A stretch of DNA of 64,000 bases, from positions 6,696,001 to 6,760,000 of the forward strand of contig NW_027361868.1 in assembly GCF_039654945.1 (NCBI RefSeq), given 5' to 3'. The translations under genes were made by a program, and so were the position numbers. Below, in pieces: positions 11,756 to 24,896 of the stretch. Source of the stretch: Dendrobates tinctorius. Lineage: Eukaryota. The notes beneath the pieces were generated by a model, which was given only the letters and a program-made list of their open reading frames with translations, had not been told where the DNA came from and searched no databases. The stretch's first letter is position 1. The number at the start of each line of letters is the position of its first letter.

Positions 11756-13361
11756 CAGTGGGGAAAAAAAGTATTTAGTCAGTCAGCAATAGTGCAAGTT
11801 CCACCACTTAAAAAGATGAGAGGCGTCTGTAATTTACATCATAGGTAGACCTCAACTATGGGAGACAAACTGAGAAAAAAAAATCCAGAAAATCACATTG
11901 TCTGTTTTTTTTTCATTTTATTTGCATATTATGGTGGAAAATAAGTATTTGGTCAAAAACAAAATTTCATCTCAATACTTTGTGATATATCCTTTGTTGG
12001 CAATGACAGAGGTCAAACGTTTTCTGTAAGTCTTCATAAGGTTGCCACACACTGTTGTTGGTATGTTGGCCCATTCCTCCATGCAGATCTCCTCTAGAGC
12101 AGTGATGTTTTTGGTTTTTTGCTTGGCAACACGGACTTTCAACTCCCTCCAAAGGTTTTCTATAGGGTTGAGATCTGGAGACTGGCTAGGCCACTCCAGG
12201 ACCTTGAAATGCTTCTTACGAAGCCACTCCTTCGTTGCCCTGGCGATGTGCTTTGGATCATTGTCATGTTGAAAGACCCAGCCACGTTTCATCTTCAATG
12301 CCCTTGCTGATGGAAGGAGGTTTGCACTCAAAATCTCACGATACATGGCCCCATTCATTCTTTCATGTACCTGGATCAGTCGTCCTTGCCCCTTTGCAGA
12401 GAAACAGCCCCAAAGCATGATGTTTCCACCACCATGCTTTACAGTAGGTATGGTGTTTGATGGATGCAACTCAGTATTCTTTTTCCTCCAAACACGACAA
12501 GTTGTATTTCTACCAAACAGTTCCAGTTTGGTTTCATCAGACCATAGGACATTCTCCCAAAACTCCTCTGGATCATCCAAATGCTCTCTAGCAAACTTCA
12601 GATGGGCCCGGACATGTACAGGCTTAAGCAGTGGGACACGTCTGGCACTGCAGGATCTGAGTCCATGGTGGCGTAGTGTGTTACTTATGGTAGGCCTTGT
12701 TACATTGGTCCCAGCTCTCTGCAGTTCATTCACTAGGTCCCCCCGCGTGGTTCTGGGATTTTTGCTCACCGTTCTTGTGATCATTCTGACCCCACGGGGT
12801 GGGATTTTGCGTGGAGCACCAGATTGAGGGAGATTATCAGTGGTCTTGTATGTCTTCCATTTTCTAATTATTGCTCCCACAGTTGATTTCTTCACTCCAA
12901 GCTGGTTGGCTATTGCAGATTCAGTCTTCCCAGCCTGGTGCAGGGCTACAATTTTGTTTCTGGTGTCCTTTGACAGCTCTTTGGTCTTCACCATAGTGGA
13001 GTTTGGAGTCAGACTGTTTGAGGGTGTGCACAGGTGTCTTTTTATACTGATAACAAGTTTAAACAGGTGCCATTACTACAGGTAATGAGTGGAGGAAAGA
13101 GGAGACTCTTAAAGAAGAAGTTACAGGTCTGTGAGAGCCAGAAATCTTGATTGCTTGTTTCTGACCAAATACTTATTTTCCACCATAATATGCAAATAAA
13201 ATGAAAAAAAAACAGACAATGTGATTTTCTGGATTTTTTTTTCTCAGTTTGTCTCCCATAGTTGAGGTCTACCTATGATGTAAATTACAGACGCCTCTCA
13301 TCTTTTTAAGTGGTGGAACTTGCACTATTGCTGACTGACTAAATACTTTTTTTCCCCACTG
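11756..13361 (-). mobile_element. Full-length Tc1/mariner transposon (IR/DR type; probably Passport/Eagle-Glan-like clade)
   Basis: 1606 bp; ~200-bp near-identical TIRs starting CAGTGGGGAAAAAAAGTATTTAGTCAG; TA at 11754-11755 and 13362-13363; clade assignment is from memory only. Confidence 0.95.
11972..12994 (-). CDS. Tc1-family DD34E transposase, 340 aa, uninterrupted
   Basis: Paired-like HTH N-terminus, GAPRK linker, WSDETK, FQHDND and [11 protein letters not shown]; 34 residues between the second D and E. Confidence 0.95.
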   Translation of the reverse strand: MVKTKELSKDTRNKIVALHQAGKTESAIANQLGVKKSTVGAIIRKWKTYKTTDNLPQSGAPRKIPPRGVRMITRTVSKNPRTTRGDLVNELQRAGTNVTRPTISNTLRHHGLRSCSARRVPLLKPVHVRAHLKFAREHLDDPEEFWENVLWSDETKLELFGRNTTCRVWRKKNTELHPSNTIPTVKHGGGNIMLWGCFSAKGQGRLIQVHERMNGAMYREILSANLLPSARALKMKRGWVFQHDNDPKHIARATKEWLRKKHFKVLEWPSQSPDLNPIENLWRELKVRVAKQKTKNITALEEICMEEWANIPTTVCGNLMKTYRKRLTSVIANKGYITKY

Positions 13362-13466
13362 TATATTTTCTTGCTGTTGATTGCTCAGCAGGTGAGCGGC
13401 ACCGGTGGGAGGGGTCCTGACTTCTCGTTGTTTGTATTTCCTCCTTGGCCGGCTGCAGCTCACCAT

Positions 13467-13511
13467 GTAACCTGTGGAAGCGCCTTTGCAGCGCGAAACG
13501 ATCGTCGTTGC
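13467..13511 (+). ncRNA. Minimal type-I hammerhead ribozyme motif in the Penelope-like 3' region
   Basis: GTAAC-CTGTGGA-A-GCGC(ctttgca)GCGC-GAAA-C-GATC-G-TC-GTTGC: stems I and II pair, palindromic stem III loop, GUC site; one core change (A6>T). Confidence 0.7.
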
Positions 13512-15046
13512 TATCTCCTTTTTGCACCCGTTCTCCCGCTGATATGCTTTTATAATAAAGCCTTGACTATACCACCCGGTGAGTGCTGTTCTTTTCTACT
13601 ATTTTTTGCTTTTATATTCATTGCCTATCCTTAGGTTAGATCATCAATATGCGATACCCGGCAGCTCAACTGATCTGCTGTTCCCGATGCCGGTGGTGCT
13701 TAATTGGTGCCGCTGGCGGTGGTGCCCAGCTAGGTACTACATATCTGCCTCCTATTCGGGCACAGCTTCACAAGTGAGCATTTCGTGATTGGCTGATTGG
13801 CGTGGCCGCCAGGTATCACACCCCCACCGATCAGATATTGATGACCTATTCTAAAGATAGGCCATCAACTTAAATGTTCTGGACAACCCCTTTAAGCTAA
13901 CTTTCTCTATGATTTATTACATGGGCAGTTGCTCGTGATTACAAACTGACTGCAGGTTTAGGATTAGTGGCCCTTTAACAAAACCAATGGGATACCAAGT
14001 GTTTTTCACTAGTCTTGCAGTGTCTATAAATGTATGACCTATTACCAAAACCTCCTTTCCAGCAGCCTTACAGCTCGGAAGATCCTCACAATTAGTACTG
14101 ACAGATTGGTGAGTACTTTGGCACTCACACGCATTTCAAAACCGTCACTTAGAGAGTAGGAATAACAAACATCAGGCAGACGGGTGACTTTATGCTTTTA
14201 TGGGAAAGGTGAAATTTATGACCCATTCAATCCAAGGCAGAGGTGATAACAGCGATGATTCCTCCGAAGTGTAAAGAACAAAAGACAGGAATGAATAAGC
14301 GAGGATTCACCCTCTGTAGGAAGCATCGCTCATTCTCCTCATCAAGTAAATGCTTAAAATAAGATGATTGGCAAGAGGCAACCTGGATAGGAAGCAGCCG
14401 TGTCCAAGGGTCACTTCCCTAATCCCGGTGTTCAGTCCGGATCAAGAAAGGAAGTGGTCATATGGCCAAGCAGATGTGTCCAGAGAGCGGAGCAACAGAA
14501 GAAAAAACATCTAATACTATTCTTAAGTACTGGATAACATCCATGCAGAGTCAAAAGAATAGATTGTAATTGTTGATGGTTGTCAATGTTGCATTACTTT
14601 ATAAAAAAGTGTTTAATATTTGGGATGTAGGTACCGTAAAAAAAAATGTTGTTTTTGAATCCTATAAAAAGTCATCCAATGTAACCTTTATTACCATTCA
14701 TTTATAGCTAACCGGCCTTACCAAAAATTTTACAATGATATTTCTCAGTTGATCATACATGCAAAATTACAAAATCATTGTGAAAAGTGGCTTACACTTC
14801 AGCGACAGTAGTTATTCCTAGACTGCAACTCGTTTCAGTTGGACTTCCACTTGTCAGCCTGTTGACGAGGCAGACACTCATCAATCTTTCCTGGCAACTA
14901 CACATCTCTGAATCCCTCCGTGGTCAGCTTCTACTTGCCCTCCTCAAGGCTCTGTCTCCCTATCCCCAAGACACCATGGCCAGCTCTATTCTTTTTTTCT
15001 GGCTATTAATGGCAGATCTTCCTCTCCTAGCAAGAAGGGACGGCTT

Positions 15047-15664
15047 TGTAATACTGGTGAGTGTGGACCCACAGCGTCACATGACAGGTTTATCAGTTTA
15101 CCCTGGAGAGGCACGACTAAGTGTTTACTGTGCCTTCTCTAGGGACTCTGATGGTGAGAATAGGCTATGCTGCCTGTAGGTACCAGGCACCACTCTAGGG
15201 CAGTCCCTAGGAAGAGGTACAGGAGAGCGAGAAAGAGGCATAGTCAGTCGGTCCAAGGTCGGTGCTGGCAGCACCGGTTCACAGTACAAAGCCAGAGTCA
15301 GGGATGAAGAAGTCAAATAGGGTAAAGAGGCTGGGTCGATAACGGGAGACAGAATATGAAGTTATGCAAAAACATGGTGCTAGCAGGCTAGGAACCAATG
15401 TTCGGGCAGAGATTGGTAAGAGGAACTGCCTAAAATAGACCCTGCTGGGATAGGCCAGGGAACCTAATGTTTGCAGGTCACAGCAGGGTCAAATTCCTGC
15501 AGAGACCAGCCATGATCCCCTTAAGCCAAATGGAAACCTCTTGCAGTGCTGAGGAGTGCTGACAGAGGCAAACTTAGCGAGATGGCTGTCTGACATGAGG
15601 AGAAGCATAATGACCATGGTGAGAAGGGTGGCGCTGAGGAGGCATGTGAGTTAGCGCCGTCACA
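15047..15664 (-). mobile_element. 3' LTR of a decayed Gypsy element
   Basis: TGTAATA...CGTCACA ends; purine tract AGAAGAGGAGAGTAC directly upstream on the minus strand. Confidence 0.65.
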
Positions 15665-17000
15665 GTACTCTCCTCTTCTTTATGCCAGCTGACAGAGAAA
15701 ATGCTGAAGGAAAGCAGGGGCGTAGCTGTTGTCAGCAGGCTCCCAAATCCTCTCCTCAGGACCCAAACCCTTCCAATTGACCAGAAGCCATCTTGGAATC
15801 CAGGATTTCCTTCATCTCAAGGCACATCCGAAGGACCCTCAGGAACAAGCATAGAGGCAGGAGTTAGTGGCTAAGAGATGTGGTTTAGAACCACCGGTTT
15901 TAAGAGTGAGACATGGAAGGAATTAGGGATCCGTAGGCTCACCGGAAGCTGAAGTCTGTAGGTCACCAGATTGATCTCCCTGAGAACCTTGAATGGCCCA
16001 AGGTACCAAGGAGCGAACTTATAAGCTGGCACCTTCAGGCAAATATTACGAGACGACAGCCAAACTTTATCTCCGGGACAGCAATGGGGCAGAGAGCCTC
16101 TCTTCTTGTCTGCATGGGATTTTGGGATTTCATCCTGTACATGGCCTTAAGGAGGGAGGACGGGGTCAGCTGCCAGATCTGAAGGAAGTTGCCATAACAA
16201 AAATCAGCCGCTGTTACTCCAGAGAAAGCAGACATAGGCGAGGGCACATGAGGATGCTGAGAATAAACAACCAAGAATGGGGATGCTTCGGCAGTCTCCC
16301 CAACGTGGTTGTTGTAGGAAAACTCTGCCCATGGGAGTAGTACCCAGGGGAAGGTAGTTCTCAAGAATCTGATTTACCTGTTCCACTTGCCCTTTAGTCT
16401 GTGGAGGGAACACAGAGTAAAAATCCATCTGTATATGCAGTAAGTTGCAAAGAGCTCTCCAGAATTTAGAATTGAACTAAACCCCACGATCTGAGACTAT
16501 GAGGATAGGAAGGCTGTGGAGCTGAAAACATGCTGGAAAAACTGTGTGGCAAGCTTATGAGGACAGGGTAGACTGAAGAGAGGAATTAAATGAGCCTATT
16601 TGGAAAACTGATCCACCACAACCCAAAATAGTTGTGCAACCCTCAGAGAAAGGGAGATCCCTGATGAAATGGCTATTTGTTGCCAGGGAGCAGAAAGAAT
16701 CGGCAATGGCAGAGGGAGACCAGTAGGCTTGTCCCTGGAGGACTTGTTTCTGGCGCACTGTGGACAGGCGGTTACGAAGTCCCAGACATCATGATCCTTT
16801 ACAGTAATAGCCATCAGAAACGGTGAACAATAAGCTCAACTTGGATTTGTGATTGCAAAACAGAATTTTCCTACTCTTAGAAGTAGAAACAAAAGTCTTG
16901 CCCAAAGGAATGTTTCTTAAAAGGACTGGTCCTGCTTCACTAATACTGGCTGGGATTAGTGAATGATGTGCTGACGCTCCTCCTGACCATTTCTCCTGAA
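15665..17000 (-). pseudogene. Frameshifted Gypsy/chromovirus integrase plus chromodomain remnant
   Basis: Fragments GKTFV..RKIL..NH, DVWDFVTACPQCARNK..KPTGLPLPLP, PQTKGQVEQVNQILE, PWAEFSYNNH. Confidence 0.85.
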
Positions 17001-18241
17001 GAAGCCACACAAGTTTGTGGTGATACACGTGGGGTCTGTATCCCCCTAATCTCCTCCAGCTTCCATGTCTCTTTTCCTCCACCTACGGGTCTAACCTTCA
17101 GGCTGCCTTTCTTTGATATACTACAAGAAATGGTTTGACTTTTATTCAATACTTTTTATATATTACATTCATTACTTCTGTGGTTACACAGTGTATCAGC
17201 CCACCTTGGCTTACAATGATTGCATATGTGCATCTTGTTACATTATTGTGCCTCCTGTTCTTATAGGTCATTGGCGGTTGGTATTCAGCCACTTATATGG
17301 TGCTGTGAATAGGTACAAACAGTCTTACTTATCTGCATTCATATGATTGGTCCCATTGGTATTTGAGTATATTGTATTTTATTTCTATACAACATGTTTC
17401 TTGTTTGGAGCCACATGTGGTCACTCACATTGCTGTTGGGGATTTATTGTGGGTTAGTTATTGCCACATTATGGGCATAACTGGACATCTAATTGTTTTT
17501 AAATGTTTTTATTGAGTCTTGCTTTGTTTTTTGCATGTGCTGTTTTTCTGATCAATAAAAATCAACTCTTTACTGAATTTTGGGTGTTCCCAATCTTGTA
17601 GGCATGTCTTTTTACTCTTTTGTTCTTCACAGGTGCTTATGAAGTCCCAGACATCCTTTACCAAGGGTTTTTACTGCCTCCATACCTCTTTGTAGGGTTT
17701 GCCAGAAAAAAGCTCGACTTTCCCATTGACTCCCATTATACTCGTTCATCAAAATAAGCATTTGAGTTACTATAGACAGGATAGGACTGTCCCGATGGGT
17801 ACACCTTGTTGTGGTGGGATGGCTTTTATGGCTTTTTGAGCAAAATAGCGCTAAACTAAGTACCCTATGTTATTTACATGTGCTATTACTATTTAATTAT
17901 TTACTTGTAGTGTATATGCTAATTTTTTTAATTGGGTTTTGCCTGTGCAATGGCCATGGAGTAAACATGCTCTTACACTTTGCATGTATACAAGTTTATA
18001 GTCCAGCTCAGTTTTTGTTTTTTTGTTTTTTTTCAGATATTTATGATATAACCTATGTGGATGCCATACATGTCAGAGATGACAATATCCCTTTAAGAAT
18101 GGTTCAGTTAAACCATCAAGTTAAAATAAATTCTTACTACGGACATACCATAGATGAGAACACAGTCCATTTATTTTTTACTTATAAGTAACCCATGTCC
18201 TAGACCTTTTTTAGGGGGTGTCGAGGTAAGTTACGCTTAGA

Positions 18242-18540
18242 TAGTGATGAGCGAGTATACTCATTGCTCGGGTTTTCCCGAGCATGCTCGGGTGTCCGCC
18301 AAGTATTTTGGCGTGCTCGGAGATTTAGTTTGTGTCGACGCAGCTGCATGAGTTGCTGGACAGCCTGAATACATGTGGGGATTCCCTAACAAACAGGCAT
18401 TCCTCACATGCATTCAGCCTGTCCAGCAAATCATGCAGCTGCATCAACACAAACTAAATCTCCGAGCACGCCAAAATACTTGGAGGACACCCGAGCATGC
18501 TCGGGAAAACCCGAGCAACGAGTATACTCGCTCATCACTA
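18242..18540. mobile_element. Palindromic MITE (TAGTGATGAGCGAG...CTCGCTCATCACTA), hAT-like
   Basis: About 140-bp inverted arms visible directly. Confidence 0.85.
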
Positions 18541-18977
18541 CACCTAGTTTAGACAGGGACCAAAATACCCCTTTCTTCTACATGGTAGGTGGGAAGACCT
18601 TTTATTAATTTGGTATTAGGGCAAAGTAGTTTTAAGTTACATCTTTGTCTTGCAGTTTTTTTCTGGTTTCCCTCTAAAACTTTTTGAAACTTCTGGTGAA
18701 CCTAATCCAAGCTAACTTATAGGGGTGTTCCAGCCTGAAGTGTTTATCAGTTAGGGCTCTGTGAAGAATATTGGAGACATAATTGCACATTAATCACACT
18801 TTACTATTGCGCATGGAATTATAAAAAATCCTTCCGCACATTCTTGGTAACATGATACCTGGTCTCCTCAGACAAAGGATTCACATCCCCACTAGCAGCT
18901 GGTATGCAATGCAACCTTCTAAAGGAAGACCCGCTGTGGATCCAAGCCATGCAGCCTGAGTGCTTTGTTCAGCCAGG

Positions 18978-20040
18978 TAGAATCATAGAATAGTAGAGTT
19001 TGAAGTGACCTCCTGGGTCATTTGGTCCAACCCTCTGCTCAAAGCACGATTCACTAAATCATCCCAGACAGATGTCTGTCCAGCCTCTGTTTGAAGACTT
19101 CCATTGATGGAGAACTCACTACCTCTCGTGGCAGCCTGTTCCACTCATTGATCACCCTCACTATCAAAACATTTTTTCTAATATCTAATCTGTATCTCCT
19201 CCCATTCAGTTTCATCCCATTGCTTCTAGTCTTTCCTTGTGCAAATGAGAATAAAGATGATCCTTCTACAATGTGACAGCCCTTGAGATATTTGTAGACA
19301 GCTAATAAGTCGCCTCTCCTTTTTTTTTGCAAGCTAAACATTCCCAAATCCTGTAACCGTTCCCCATAGGACATGGTTTGCAGACCGGTCACTATTCTGG
19401 CCTCTCTTCTCTGAACTTGTTCCAGTTTGTTGATGTCTTTTTTAAAATGTGGTGCCCAAAACAACACCAAAGAAGAAAAAAAGTTAGCATTCCAGCTCCT
19501 ATAAAATCTTGAAACTTTATTTACCCATATTAAAATAACAATAGTGATAAACTCCTCCAATGTGGACCAACAAGGTAAAAGGAGGTATATAGCAATGTGT
19601 TTCGATCTACATGAAGTTCTTTATCAAAGCTGTTCTCTGAACTTGCTCTAGTTTTTCAATATCTTTTTTTAAAATGTGGTGCCCAGAACTGGACACAGTA
19701 TCCAAGATGAGGTCTGACCAAAGAGGCGTAGAGGGGGATAATGACTTCACATGATCTAGAGACTGTATGTTTCTGTTAATACATCCCAGAATTGTATTTG
19801 CCTTTTTGCTGCTGCATCACACTGTTGACTCATGTTTAGTTTATGATCTATTAGTATGCCCAAGTCTTTTTCACATGTGCTGTTGCTTAGCCCTATTTCT
19901 CCCATTCTGTATATGCTTTTTTCATTTTTATTGCCCAGATGTAGTACTTTGTATTTTTCCCTGTTAAAAACTATTCTGTTAGTTGCTGCCCACTGCTCCA
20001 GTTTATTTATATATTTTTTAATCCTATCTCTCTCTTTATG
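18978..20040 (-). mobile_element. CR1 LINE 3' portion (two segments separated by a ~160-bp foreign insert)
   Basis: [19 protein letters not shown]...LGMFSLQKKRRGDL..VYKYLKG...WNRLPREVV..S...FK.RLD; FNREKYKVLHLG...EKDLG; CR1-type terminal repeat TAGAATCATAGAAT. Confidence 0.9.
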
Positions 20041-20773
20041 AAGGTAGGATTTCATAAAGGAGTTCTGGAAATATTATACTTCCTAGCTGTATATATTTCT
20101 GAGATCCCCAGACTAGGGCAGCTCCAGCCTGTGTCTCAATTCATTCTAACACGCACGGGAAGGGAGATATATAGAACAACCACTAGCAGCTAGGTAGCAA
20201 AATTGTCTTTAGTCTCTATGAGTAGCAGGGGCCCAGTCAGATCTGATGGTGCCAGAACCGCTGCCCTAGAACTGCCCAGAAGGGAGTTATGACCTTTCAT
20301 AGGTTTTGGGAGATTTATCTTCAATCCTCCAGGGAAGGAGATTTAGATTCAGACCAGAGGGCAGGAGTGACTCAAATGGTTAAATGCTTGTGGGCAGCAT
20401 TTACTTTTGCTTTTTCTCTGGGAGGTCACAAAAAACATTGTGTGAGGACAAGTCACACACCAAGGGGAACAGAAGCCTCCCATGTGGCAGCCCCTCCCCC
20501 GCAAGCCAGGCCTTTCATCTAACTAGAAACTGACTATATGTCCTGTTTTTACCCTTTGTCCTGCCCCTATTGTATTTGTATATCTGACCATTATATGTGT
20601 ATAACCATTGTGTATATATATTGATAAACTCAAGTGTGTCCGCTCAATAACCATCCAATATTACGTTATTGCCTTGCCTGGTGACGTGAATGCGGTGGTG
20701 CATCATCCCACATTTGCTCCCACTCCCATTGGCTGCTCTCCCCATAAATACCTTTTCTCCCTTGGATGACGCC

Positions 20774-20813
20774 ACCCCCTGACGAAAGCAGACGCCAAAA
20801 CGCACGTTGGGGT
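20774..20813 (+). ncRNA. Degenerate minimal hammerhead motif in a Penelope-like fragment (~20560-21480)
   Basis: ACCCC-CTGACGA-...-AAAA-C-GCAC-G-TT-GGGGT; departures from consensus are CpG-type transitions. Confidence 0.5.
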
Positions 20814-20968
20814 TGGGCGCATCCAGGGGACCCTGCATTTTCAGGCAATAAGGTAATATTGGACGGTTATTGAGCGGAATCACTTGAGTGTATCTTATAT
20901 ATATATACACATATGTTGTGCCATCAGCCCTAACTTTTCTGCTATTGAGTGGACTCACTTGAGTTTAT

Positions 20969-21007
<39 letters not shown>

Positions 21008-21504
21008 ATATGTTGTGTTATCAGCCCTATCTTTGCAGCTACTGCTCTATCTTAGCCTCCTCTTTGTACCTATCTTATGCATTTGCACTTTATATGTGAT
21101 TATTATTTGCCTGTTTACAAATTTGCACTCTAGCACTTTACTTATCTTATATTGCTGTGGCCCATTGAAATTTGCATTTGATGATGTCATACAATTTTTC
21201 CAAGTTATAATTATTCTTGGCTACAATTTATTTATTTAAGTGCAATACGTTGTGCAATTGTTGTCCCCTGTACTGCCCCCCTTTCTTTGGTATTTTGTTC
21301 CCACCCCTCCATATGGTTTCTGTAATTTCCACCAAAAAACTTTTTCTTACATTGAATATTGGACTTTTTTTCGGTTTCTTTTTTCGTTTTTTATTATTTG
21401 ATTTTCCGATTTGTCCATTCATAAGACAAGAGTCTTATCTATTGCATTTTTTCTGTGCTGTGTTGTGTATAAATATGTGATTCTTCAGATTTTGCATTAG
21501 TCAA

Positions 21505-21543
21505 TGCCTGATGAAGTGACCTGAGTAGTCTCGATAGCTTGCA
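21505..21543 (+). ncRNA. Degenerate minimal hammerhead motif
   Basis: TGC-CTGATGA-A-GTGAC(ctgagta)GTCTC-GATA-GCTT-GCA; the related copy at 36868-36904 retains GAGAC/GTCTC-GAAAGCTT and the same downstream TTAGCCATTAAAAGGTATCA. Confidence 0.55.
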
Positions 21544-21619
21544 ATGTGTTACCATCTTTTCAGTTAGCCATTAAAAGGTATCAACCGCTGAGGACTCTCA
21601 ATTCTGAATATTTTTCTAT

Positions 21620-22900
21620 TTCAAATAAAGGACTTTCTTTAGGCTGTGGTTGTTTTTACAATTTGACTATGGAATTAGTAATGGGAGCGTCTTATGGATG
21701 CCTCTCCATTACTAACCCCTGGGCTTGATGTCAGCTGCCAATATAAAGGTGACTTAAACCCCAATACTGTCACCCCACTTGCCAGCACACAAGGTCAAGT
21801 GAGAAAAGTGGAGGCTAATCGACAAAATTGGCACATCTTATGGATGCACCATTTCTGGGGCGGCTGAGAGCTGATGTTTTTAGTCCAGGAGGGGGCTAAT
21901 ATTCATGGCCCCTTCCTAGCCTATTTAATATCAGCCTGCAGCTGTCTGCCTAGCCTTTGCTGGCTATTCATTATACGGGGACCCTATGGCATTTTTTGGG
22001 TGGGGAGTCCCCCATTTTAACCAGTAAAGGCTAACCATACAATTATGAGCTGATATATTAATAGCCTGGAAAGATCCATGTTTATTACCCCCATCCCAGG
22101 CTATAAATATCCCCCAGCTGTTGGCTTTCCCTCAGCTGGTTATTAAAATTTCGGGGACCCCAAGCCATTATTTTCTTTGCTATTGAATTATTAACTAAAT
22201 ACATGAATATTAAACTACACACGCACTGCACTAATTATATATGTCACTGACATCTTTCTATCTATTCAATGTATATATCTATTCTATCTATTCTATTCTG
22301 ATGGGTCATACAGTGAATTTGTTGCATTTGGCTGATGAAATTTCAGGTTATCTAGGAGTCAGTCCTAGTGCTGTCTGAATTTTTTCTCGCACCCATTGAC
22401 TTGCATTGGCAAGTCTTGTCCGATATATACACAGCCAATTGCAGCATGCTGCGATTTTTTTCTCAGTCTGATCTGAGCTGAGAAGAAAATTGAAAATGAA
22501 CAAGGAATCATAGAATAGCATTAGTCAGAGTGCAATCCGATTTTGTTATAGGATTGCACTTGTCCGTTTCTCACGCAGATGAATATGAGCCCTAAGGTCT
22601 CATTCAGACATCTGTTTTTTGACGTACGAGTTTTATCAGTGATTGGTCAGAGATTAATCAGTTTTATACACTGACGAGAAAAAAAAAGTTTCTCCACTTT
22701 TTCCTATCTGTCAGTGAAAAACAGACTGCAAAGGGATGTCATCCGAGTGTAGTGCAAAATTTTCCACAGAGTCATAGACTTCCATTATGAAGTTTGATCC
22801 AACTCTTCAATCAATGTTGGATATGGGTACGCGATTTTGTTCGGGCCACTCGGTTGGCAAAGTTACTGACATGTCAACAGCTGTCATAGGAATGAGTGCT
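21620..22900. mobile_element. Fragments of non-autonomous Harbinger-like elements
   Basis: Ends ...GATGAATATGAGCCC-TAA-GGTCTCATTCAGACA...; internal hairpins (TTAGTAATGG/CCATTACTAA). Confidence 0.4.
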
Positions 22901-24450
22901 AACACTCATATGAATGCATGATAATAATTGCTAGATCTGTCAGATTCTGACTTCTCGGACCCCAATCGCTGGATTGGGCAACTCTCGCCCTCCATTTCCT
23001 GTACATACAGGACTTCGAATAGACAGAGTTTGGGTGGAGTGGTGGTCAAATATAGTGACTCCTGTCTTAAGATCATTGTGGGTATGAGATCTTTACCTGT
23101 AATGTCCAAAATATTGCTCCGTTATGCAGAAAGTACCATATCGTTCTACCACTGCACATTGTTGGAAAGATTTAAAAGCCATGGATTTTCCCCTACTTAC
23201 TATAATACCAGACAAAATTGCTTTGTGCATCCCTACCTCACATGCTATTTTTTTTTTATGTTTTTCACTTTATTATTCATCTAGATCTCATGTCTTTGCC
23301 CAGATTATTAAATCTAAGCATTAACTACTTTATTATGTTTCATAAGTGAAGCCGTAATTAAGATTTGGCGACTTGAATATTTTTCTCTGGCTTAATGATT
23401 ACAGAAACACCAAGTTTACCTTTGTTATCAATCATGAATTAGATTTTCACATCTTCCTGGCAAGTTGGGTCCAAAAAATTTGTTGTGGAGTTTGATGTTT
23501 GGAAGAATTTGGAAGGAAAAAATCCCGAGATAATTGGAAACATTAAACCTCGGTTATCAACGTAATCATATCAGCGAGAGGTTACAAACTTATAACAACC
23601 TCCATCCAATCACATTAGAGTTTCATGTCCCTTAACGATGATTAATTAATAAGCAAATATTGGGGGAGTCGGAGAATTTAGAAGTCTACAAAGTTAATTC
23701 GATAAATAGTCTTTTGAGGATTGGTATTGGAAGGATTTAAAACCAATTTAGACTTCATGGGTTTCGAATTGCAGATGGAATGGTTGCCAAGGCTGAGTAA
23801 TTCTGCGCTCATCGGAGAAGCTTGAAGACGTGCCTACAGAAGATCGGCTTGTCCAAAAGTCTTCTGCCAGCTTGGAACTCAAGAAGGGTGAAAGAAAAAA
23901 GAAGTCCTACACAGCAAATGTTGTTATGAAGATAGTGTGTAGTGCGGAGCCCAGGGAAAGGGAGGGCAACGTGATTCATGTTGTGACAAACACCATGCGT
24001 CAAAGAAATCTGTGTGCACAGCTAAGATGCTAATGCAAAAGTCTGGCAAAGTTTTTGGACTTGTGTGAAATAAGGAGCCGAGCCTTCCCTGTATTAGAGG
24101 TGGAACAGATTTGACTAATGATATTGGCACATTGTGATTCCTTGGACGGCAAATGCATTTTCCTTTTGTTCCTCCCCAAGTTAAATGGAAATGAGCAGGT
24201 GCAGTTTATGGTAAACGGCATGGTAAGGATTTGCTGCTCTTCTTCACTAAGTCTTGTTTCTGCCGGTGTCTGCTCGGAATACATATGAAGTGTTGTGCTT
24301 GGATGAGCAGGATAATTTACATTAAATAACTGGGGGGTTTAGAGGTTGGTAAATATAGGGGTAGAACCGTGGCGGTCAGAGGTTAGAGCGGCAGCTGGAG
24401 TCTATATGTGGGTACTATCGGTTCATCTGCTACATATGAGCATGTTGGAA
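22900..24450 (-). pseudogene. Highly degraded L1/Tx1-like ORF2 fragment
   Basis: Minus-strand patches ILPIPILKRLF...SKF and KSFQQ...RYG...YF resemble the post-RT region of L1 ORF2; many stops and frameshifts. Confidence 0.4.
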
Positions 24451-24479
24451 ACCTTACACAATATGATCATAAATCTTGA

Positions 24480-24896
24480 AAACACCACTCTGGTAGTTTT
24501 TCTTTAATATTTCATCGCCAGAGTGGTATCACTAATGCATTTTCCCTGCTCCTAGTAATACTTACTGGTCGCCATCTTCTGCCGTTCCAGTTGTCTTCTT
24601 CTGGTTGAGACCTACTGGATGGCTCCATTGTTTGCTGGGAGAGCTGGAAGCCAATGTAAGTCTAAGAGAGACAGAACTAGGTTATCATAGACTTGCATTG
24701 AGAGCTTGTGACCGTTATCCCTGACTTCTCTGATCACTTAGGAACTGCGGTTAGTAGATGGTCGGAATGGGACTGGAGTGGAGCTGGAAAGAGCTGAAGA
24801 CAGCGGCTTGTATTTTAATACAGTCAGGGAACAGACATTAGTATTACCACTCCAGGGGTGAAAATGAAAAACAAACCCACCGGTGTGGTGCTTTAA
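24480..24896. mobile_element. Kolobok/T2-type MITE
   Basis: AACACCACTC ... GTGTGGTGCTTTAA ends; internal CAATGTAAGTCTA/TAGACTTGCATTG hairpin. Confidence 0.5.
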
